DNA of 61,893 nucleotides from an uncultured Bacilli bacterium (GTDB lineage Bacteria; Bacillota_I; Bacilli_A; RF39; UBA660): NCBI GenBank assembly GCA_947628785.1, contig CANRBE010000001.1, positions 1 to 61,893 of the forward strand, read 5' to 3'. Shown piece by piece: positions 55,836 to 61,893 of this stretch (position 1 is its first letter; each line of letters starts with the position of its first letter). The notes under the pieces were generated by a model. It saw only the letters and a program-made list of their open reading frames with translations, ran no database searches and was not told where the DNA came from. The position numbers and the translations under genes were made by a program.

Positions 55836-57350
55836 TCATTTTTTTTCGATAATACTAACACCTGTCATTTCCTTAGGTTTATCTAAACCCATTATATCTA
55901 AAATAGTTGGGGCTAAATCACATAGTTTTCCCTCATGAAGAGTGATATTATCAATTCCTACTAAAGTACAAGGAACAGGATTAGTAGTATGAGATGTCAT
56001 AATGTTGCCATCTTTAGTTAGCATTTCCTCACAATTACCATGGTCTGCCGTTACTAACATAGCTCCACCTTTACCTATAATAGCTTTAGTTATTTTAGAA
56101 ATACAAACATCTAAAGTCTCTAAAGCTTGAATAGTTGCCTCTAAATTACCAGTATGACCCAACATATCAGGATTGGCAAAATTTAAAATAATACAATCAT
56201 AATCTTTGTAAAGTATCGCATCAACCACATGGTCAGTTACTTCAATAGCACTCATTTGTGGCTTTAAATCATAAGTTGATACTTTAGGAGAAGGCACTAA
56301 AATTCTATCTTCTAATTCATATGGTTCTTCCCGACCACCATTGAAGAAAAAAGTCACATGAGCATACTTTTCTGTTTCTGCAATCCTAAGTTGTTTTTTA
56401 CCTTGTTTACTTAAATATTCACCTAAAGTATTATCTAAATGTTCTGGTGGATAAGCAATATGAACATTAGGCATATCCTTATCATATTCAGTCATACAAA
56501 CAAAATAAGTACTAAGTTCTTTAGTTAAAAATTCATTAAAATCTAAATCAACTATACTTCTTGTTAATTCACGAGCTCGATCTTGTCTAAAATTATAAAA
56601 AATAACTGCATCTCTTTTATTAATACCCACTCCATTTTCTAAAACAAAAGGTCTAACAAACTCATCTGTAACTCCACTTTTATAAGAATCTTCAATTCCA
56701 TCTATCGCATTTGAATAAACTTTAGCTTTATGATTGACAATAGCTTGATAAGCTTTTTCAATTCGATTCCATCTTTTATCTCTATCCATAGCATAATATC
56801 TACCCATTACACTAGCAATACATCCGACCTTACATTCTTTTATTTTATCTTCTAGCATTTGAATATATTTTTTACCACTAGTAGTAGGAGTATCTCTTCC
56901 ATCTAGAAAACAATGAATATAAACATTTTTAAAATCTTGTTTTTGACATAGTTCTAACAAAGCAAATAAATGGTCTATTTCACTATGAACTCCTCCATCC
57001 GATAGAAGTCCAAAAAGATGGAGATTAGTATCATATAATTGACAGTAAAAAATGGCTTTTTTAAACTCTTCATTTTGATAAAACTTTCCCGTTTCAATAT
57101 CTTTATTAATTTTAACTAAATCTTGGTAAACAATCCTTCCAGCTCCAATATTAGTATGTCCAACTTCTGAATTACCCATCTGTCCATCTGGAAGTCCAAC
57201 CGAAGAACCACTAGTATGAATTAACGTATGAGGATTATTAGTAAATAAATCTTTAATAAAAGGAATTTTAGCTTTTTTAATAGCATTTCCCTCATCATCT
57301 TCCCGATAACCAAAACCATCTAAAATCATTAACAACATCGGTTGTTTCAT
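55836..57350 (-). CDS. gpmI: 2,3-bisphosphoglycerate-independent phosphoglycerate mutase
   Basis: LMILDGFGYR, MGNSEVGHTNIGAGR and TADHGNCE motifs. 504 aa. Confidence 0.95.
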   Translation of the reverse strand: MKQPMLLMILDGFGYREDDEGNAIKKAKIPFIKDLFTNNPHTLIHTSGSSVGLPDGQMGNSEVGHTNIGAGRIVYQDLVKINKDIETGKFYQNEEFKKAIFYCQLYDTNLHLFGLLSDGGVHSEIDHLFALLELCQKQDFKNVYIHCFLDGRDTPTTSGKKYIQMLEDKIKECKVGCIASVMGRYYAMDRDKRWNRIEKAYQAIVNHKAKVYSNAIDGIEDSYKSGVTDEFVRPFVLENGVGINKRDAVIFYNFRQDRARELTRSIVDLDFNEFLTKELSTYFVCMTEYDKDMPNVHIAYPPEHLDNTLGEYLSKQGKKQLRIAETEKYAHVTFFFNGGREEPYELEDRILVPSPKVSTYDLKPQMSAIEVTDHVVDAILYKDYDCIILNFANPDMLGHTGNLEATIQALETLDVCISKITKAIIGKGGAMLVTADHGNCEEMLTKDGNIMTSHTTNPVPCTLVGIDNITLHEGKLCDLAPTILDIMGLDKPKEMTGVSIIEKK

Positions 57351-57407
57351 TATACCACTCCTATCATTAATATTTTACCACATTTAAAGTAAAAATTCCT
57401 AAATATT

Positions 57408-58181
57408 TTAGGAATTTTCTTCATGTTCTTTATAATTTTCTATGGTAATACTAATAATATCATCAATTAAGTTACTATAATTTTTATGTTTTTTATCCAA
57501 AGCATAAAGCGACTTAACATCAATAATAGTAGATACTTTATCAACATAAACTTGGTTTTCTTTAATAAAAACTTTAAAACTTACTTTAAAAAATCCTTTA
57601 ATGTTAAATAAATCATATAATTTTTTAGATATATCTTTCATTTTATTTTGAAGTTCTAAAGGTATATCATCTGAATTTTCATCATCTTTTACTACTTCAA
57701 TAAACAAATCAGATAATAAAACACAGTTATATATTTTACCATTTTGTTTTTGAGTTTTAATATCATTAGCTTTTAAAATACTTTCTAAAAGTATTTCATC
57801 ATCGACAGTTTTCTTTCCAATATAAGAAATACCCATCGTATCTAGAAAACCAAAAATATCACTATTATCAATCATTGGCAATACCAAGTCAATATAATTA
57901 ACTTCCCTTTTAAAATTACCAGTTGTTTGTAAAGTAAAATGTTCTTTTTTCTTGGCTATACAAATTTGTTTAGCATACTTTTTTAAATCGTCAAAATATT
58001 TGTAAATGTCCTTTTCAAGTAACATTTTTCCAGTATACCAAATTTTATTTTCTGATATGTAAATAGGTACAATATCGTATTTATTTTTGTCAATATATTC
58101 AGCCAATTCAATAGTTTTATCAATACTTTCATCATCTTTTATTTTTTTTCCACCAAAGATTATTCCTAATTTTATTTTCAT
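57408..58181 (-). CDS. short, degenerate D-Ala-D-Ala ligase-like protein
   Basis: MKIKLGIIFGGKK...YDIVPIYISENKIWYTG resembles a Ddl N-terminal domain. It is only 257 aa, and canonical ATP-grasp motifs are not recognizable. Confidence 0.5.
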   Translation of the reverse strand: MKIKLGIIFGGKKIKDDESIDKTIELAEYIDKNKYDIVPIYISENKIWYTGKMLLEKDIYKYFDDLKKYAKQICIAKKKEHFTLQTTGNFKREVNYIDLVLPMIDNSDIFGFLDTMGISYIGKKTVDDEILLESILKANDIKTQKQNGKIYNCVLLSDLFIEVVKDDENSDDIPLELQNKMKDISKKLYDLFNIKGFFKVSFKVFIKENQVYVDKVSTIIDVKSLYALDKKHKNYSNLIDDIISITIENYKEHEENS

Positions 58182-58190
58182 TATAACCTC

Positions 58191-58697
58191 CTATTTTTTT
58201 TCAAGCTTTTTTTTATTAGCTACCGCATTAGTAAATAAAATCCAAATTGGACTTAAATATGCAATAAAAAATAATATCAAGAAATACATTGTCATATATT
58301 CTTCAACATAAATTGCTACAAAAAGGACAATTAATAATAAATAAATCAAAAGATTAAAATATAACATTTTTTTATCCTTTTTATCAAGAGTTTTTTCTTC
58401 CTTTTTATTTTGATGTAATAAAAACAAAGAAGAAACCATATAAATCAATATAAAAGTAATCATACAAAAAATAGAATTTTTATAGAATAAAAAGATAACT
58501 AAAAAAACTGACAACAAAGCAGGCTCTAACCAACTATTTTTTATATTTTTAATCTCTTTTAAATATTTTTCGTTTTTATATTTATTCTTTTTTAAAATGT
58601 AAAGTTGGTGTTGGTTTTTTAAAACTAGATAAAATACATAAGTAATTAAACTAACAATAAATTTTATTAACATATTAACACTTCCTATCACTAGCAT
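58191..58697 (-). CDS. polytopic membrane protein, hypothetical
   Basis: 168 aa with 4-5 hydrophobic helices. Starts 10 nt after... i.e. lies directly downstream of 57408..58181 in the opposite coordinate sense (upstream in the operon). Confidence 0.55.
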   Translation of the reverse strand: MLVIGSVNMLIKFIVSLITYVFYLVLKNQHQLYILKKNKYKNEKYLKEIKNIKNSWLEPALLSVFLVIFLFYKNSIFCMITFILIYMVSSLFLLHQNKKEEKTLDKKDKKMLYFNLLIYLLLIVLFVAIYVEEYMTMYFLILFFIAYLSPIWILFTNAVANKKKLEKK

Positions 58698-58841
58698 TAT
58701 ATCACGTTTAAATAAGAGAAAAAAGAAAAAAGAAATATTTTTTTTAAATACTTTACAACTAACCTATTTATTTTTTTTAAAATTATTGCTTTTCAATACC
58801 AAAATTTTATATAATAATTAAGATAGAAGGGATATGTTATA

Positions 58842-59411
58842 ATGGATGATAAAACTTTAGCAAGTATTTTTGAAGATGAAGATAAAGCTAAAAAAACTAG
58901 ATTAGAAAGGAAAATGGAAAAAAAGAAAGCCAAAGAAAAGAAAATATATGATGACTTTATCGAAGAACAAAAAAATAAAAAATTAGAACAAACTAGTGAT
59001 ATAAATAAAACTAAAAAAATAAGTGATAACATTAACTTAGAAAAAACTCGGAAAATAAAAGATGTAGAAAATAAATTAGATAAATCATTAGAAATTAATC
59101 CTATTAGTATAAATTCAGTTGATTTAGAAGATGAAACTTTTAATGATATAAAAAAAGAAAGTGTCGCTTTTAATATTTTCTTTGGATTTATTACTTTAGT
59201 ATCTTTCTTTTCTAGTATTGGTTATGTTTTATATGCTTACTTAAAAAATTTAAATCAAAGTCATTTAATTAATGGAGGAATTTTAGTAGCATTTACTTTC
59301 TTTTATATGATTAGTTCTCTAGCTAGAAAAAATGGAATTAAAAAAGCTTTTGGATTTTTAGCTTCTTTATTAGTAATTTTATTTATTGGTTACCAATTGT
59401 TCATTTTATAA
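58842..59411 (+). CDS. membrane protein with Lys/Glu-rich N-terminus, hypothetical
   Basis: AGAAGGGA SD. The C-terminal half has three TM helices. Followed closely by pgsA. Confidence 0.6.
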   Translation: MDDKTLASIFEDEDKAKKTRLERKMEKKKAKEKKIYDDFIEEQKNKKLEQTSDINKTKKISDNINLEKTRKIKDVENKLDKSLEINPISINSVDLEDETFNDIKKESVAFNIFFGFITLVSFFSSIGYVLYAYLKNLNQSHLINGGILVAFTFFYMISSLARKNGIKKAFGFLASLLVILFIGYQLFIL

Positions 59412-59420
59412 GGAGAGATT

Positions 59421-60041
59421 ATGAATATTTATAAAAAATTACCAAATATCATAACTTTTTCTCGTTTGGTATTAACATTATTTATTATTATATTTGGTTT
59501 ATTAAAACATTATAATATCGTTTTAGTTTTTTGTATTTTAGCTAGTCTAACTGATTTTTTAGATGGATTTTTCGCAAGAAAGTTTAAAGCTTCTTCTAAT
59601 TTTGGAGCTAAATTAGATGCGGTTGTTGATAAGGTATTTGTCATATCTTTATTAATCACTTTAATTCATTTTAATAAAGCTTTTTTAGTTTTACTTATTT
59701 TAGAAGTAATTATAGCTATTAGTAATTTGTACTATTATTTTACTTTATTTAAAACTAAATCTTTATTAGTTGGTAAAATTAAAACTTGGTCTTTATTTTT
59801 AACTATTATCATTGCTTATATTAACATCTTTTTTAAAATATCTTTATTAAATAATATTTTAAATGGATTTTTATTAATGACTGGTAATTTACAATTTTTA
59901 AGTTTATTAGCTTATTTTGAATTTTTTATAAAAAACATCAATAAAAAAGAAATAGATAATACTACTTCTTTAAAACTAGAAAAAACTATTTATGTAGATA
60001 ATTTAGATGATTTATTAAATAGTGGTGAAGAAGTTATTTAA
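59421..60041 (+). CDS. pgsA: CDP-alcohol phosphatidyltransferase (PgsA-like)
   Basis: DFLDGFFARKFKASSNFGAKLDAVVDKV matches D-x2-DG-x2-AR-x8-G-x3-D-x3-D. GGAGAG SD. Confidence 0.8.
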   Translation: MNIYKKLPNIITFSRLVLTLFIIIFGLLKHYNIVLVFCILASLTDFLDGFFARKFKASSNFGAKLDAVVDKVFVISLLITLIHFNKAFLVLLILEVIIAISNLYYYFTLFKTKSLLVGKIKTWSLFLTIIIAYINIFFKISLLNNILNGFLLMTGNLQFLSLLAYFEFFIKNINKKEIDNTTSLKLEKTIYVDNLDDLLNSGEEVI

Positions 60042-60042
60042 T

Positions 60043-61722
60043 TTACATTTTCTTAGGTACTTTAATCACTAATAAGTTTAATAGTTGCTTTACTAAATTA
60101 TTAGCTAGTAACAAAACTGATAACCAGTCTTGTTTTTTTATTTTGTCTTCTAACCCATCAATATGATTGTTTTGATAAAAAGTATTTAAACAAACACATA
60201 TTTGATATAAATAATCAGCGATATAAGATGGCATTCTTGTTTTACTTGCCTTATCGATAACTTCTGTAAATTTTAATAGTTCTAATCTTAAATTACGGTC
60301 TTGTTCATTATATATTTTATCTGTTAAATTAAAAGTATTATTTTCCTTATCTAATATTTTTTGAATTCTTAAATAAGTATATAATATATAAGGTCCTGTT
60401 TTACCTAAAACACTTGAAAATTTTTCTAAGTCAAAGATATAGTCTTTTTCCCGATTATTTTGTAAATCAGCATATTTAATTATTGAATCAACTATTTTAT
60501 TTATATCATCTTCATCCATTTTGTCATTATCTTCTTTCAATGATAAAAATGTTTTTTTGGTTTTACTAATTAAATCATCTAGTTTTAACATATCTCCATT
60601 TCTTGTTTTAAAAGGTTTACCATCTTTTCCATTCATGGTTCCAAAACCAATATGTTCTAGTTTAGCCTTAGTTAAATTGCTTAAGTAAGCTACTCTAAAT
60701 ACTTGTTCAAAATGAAGACTTTGTCTAGCATCAACCACATATAATATATAATCTGGTTTTAATTCTTCCCTTTTTAAAATAGTCGCTAAATCGGTAGTAG
60801 CGTACAAATAAGCTCCAACTGAATTTTCTAATATCAAAGGTGGCATTTCTTTTTTATCATCATCTTTTTTAACAGGAATGATAGTTGCTCCTTCACTTAA
60901 TTTTGAATATGGTTTTAATATTTCTTTTAATTTTGGAATATCTTTATAAGCATCGCTTTCTCCATTCCATAAATCAAATGAAACATCTAAATCTTTATAT
61001 ATTCTTTTGATATCATTTAAAGATATTTCTTTGATTTTTTTAAAATATGTTTGATATAAAGGATTTCCATCTTGTAATTCTTTAGTTATAATACTACATT
61101 TTTTTAATATATCCTCATTTTCTTTACATAATTTACTTATTTTAGGATATAATTCTTCTAGTATTTCTAAATTTATATCTTCGATTTTTTTATTTTCTTC
61201 AAGTAAACCATATATTACTTGTCCTATTTGAAGTCCATAATCACCTAAATGAACATCGGATATTGTTTTATGACCTCTAAAGTTTAAAATTCTTTTAATT
61301 GATTCTCCAATAATAGCAGGTCTTAAATGGCCAACATGTAATGGTTTAGCTATATTAGGTCCCCCATAATCTAATATGTATAGATTAGGTTTTTCAATTG
61401 GTGGCATACCAAATTTATCTTCGGTTTGCATTTTAGTTAAATAGGTATTTATAGCTTCATTAGATAAGGTTAAATTAATAAAACCGTTAACTACTTCTAC
61501 TTTTTCTAATAGTGATAAATAATTAGGATGTTTTTTTATTTTAGATACGATATTATTTCCTATTTCTATTGGATTTTGTTTTAATATTTTAGCTAATTTA
61601 AAACAACCATCCCACTGATAATCACATAAATCAGGACGATTAGATAAAATTACTGAATTGTTATCAATTTTTAAATCTTTAGTCACATCATTCATTAGTT
61701 GATTTAGTTTTTCTTGAATCAT
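60043..61722 (-). CDS. argS: arginine--tRNA ligase
   Basis: NIAKPLHVGHLRPAIIG (HIGH), an anticodon-binding C-terminal domain ending in ...KKM. 559 aa. Confidence 0.92.
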   Translation of the reverse strand: MIQEKLNQLMNDVTKDLKIDNNSVILSNRPDLCDYQWDGCFKLAKILKQNPIEIGNNIVSKIKKHPNYLSLLEKVEVVNGFINLTLSNEAINTYLTKMQTEDKFGMPPIEKPNLYILDYGGPNIAKPLHVGHLRPAIIGESIKRILNFRGHKTISDVHLGDYGLQIGQVIYGLLEENKKIEDINLEILEELYPKISKLCKENEDILKKCSIITKELQDGNPLYQTYFKKIKEISLNDIKRIYKDLDVSFDLWNGESDAYKDIPKLKEILKPYSKLSEGATIIPVKKDDDKKEMPPLILENSVGAYLYATTDLATILKREELKPDYILYVVDARQSLHFEQVFRVAYLSNLTKAKLEHIGFGTMNGKDGKPFKTRNGDMLKLDDLISKTKKTFLSLKEDNDKMDEDDINKIVDSIIKYADLQNNREKDYIFDLEKFSSVLGKTGPYILYTYLRIQKILDKENNTFNLTDKIYNEQDRNLRLELLKFTEVIDKASKTRMPSYIADYLYQICVCLNTFYQNNHIDGLEDKIKKQDWLSVLLLANNLVKQLLNLLVIKVPKKM

Positions 61723-61787
61723 ATTTTCACCTCATCTAATTACTTTTTCAATTTTATCATATTTAAGTATATATTTCAATTTTTTAA

Positions 61788-61816
61788 TTGACACGCAAAC
61801 AAGTTTTTGATAAAAT
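61788..61816 (+). promoter_or_regulatory. consensus-like promoter of ssrA
   Basis: -35 TTGACA (61788-61793), 17-nt spacer, -10 TAAAAT (61811-61816), 10 nt before the tmRNA 5' end. Confidence 0.6.
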
Positions 61817-61826
61817 ACAGGTACAT

Positions 61827-61893
61827 GGGGATGTCATGGTTTCGACGGGAATAAACAGATATAAGTGGCAAGTCGTGGGTACACGTATATACA
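61827..61893 (+). ncRNA. ssrA: tmRNA (SsrA), 5' portion; continues beyond the window
   Basis: GGGGATGTCATGGTTTCGACGGG matches the conserved tmRNA 5' acceptor/PK1 lead-in (compare Bacillus GGGGACGTTACGGATTCGACAGGG, from memory). Confidence 0.8.

Noticed and set aside
58793-59032. Minus-strand 79-aa ORF
   Set aside because: It overlaps the 5' part of the plus-strand gene 58842..59411, which has an SD and TM helices and is followed by pgsA. The minus ORF is a Ser/Phe/Leu low-complexity shadow.

Overview
Very AT-rich chromosomal segment from a low-GC, spore-forming Firmicute. Evidence for this is sigG, spoIIP, PolC-type polymerase, RNase J and comEA/comEC; long ORFs are intact under the standard code. 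Most genes are on the minus strand and are housekeeping: tig, pnp, rpsO, uvrA, polC, gltX, mtaB, rsmE, gpmI, pgsA and argS. There are also three solitary tRNAs (Lys-CTT, Gln-CTG, Arg-CCT) and the 5' end of tmRNA at the right edge. Several ORF-track starts are TTG-extended and I moved them to ATG codons with Shine-Dalgarno (SD) sites. Four things seem most worth a second look. (1) A ~0.5 kb intergenic module occurs twice (9036-9560 and 50798-51310). It carries a perfectly conserved 35-codon ORF with a near-consensus SD, a convergent ~100 nt sRNA unit with a near-consensus promoter, a shared bidirectional hairpin, and 5'/3' pairing that only works on the plus-strand RNA. This architecture resembles 3'-overlapping type I toxin-antitoxin loci. 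(2) A type IV pilin-like gene (51386-52576) has a G9 tract inside its leader codons, and its promoter, leader and G9 are duplicated at the left window edge. This makes a candidate phase-variable pilin family. (3) A 114-nt GC-rich, AAC-codon-rich island lies in the lectin-like C-terminus of that pilin. It looks like a diversity-generating retroelement (DGR) variable region, but no template repeat or reverse transcriptase (RT) is in the window. (4) An SLBB-GH25 muramidase fusion lies next to comEA/comEC. Also noted: a decayed HExxH peptidase gene, a frameshifted gene start, and an RNase J homolog with altered metal-binding motifs. No CRISPR array, rRNA, intact transposase or prophage was seen.
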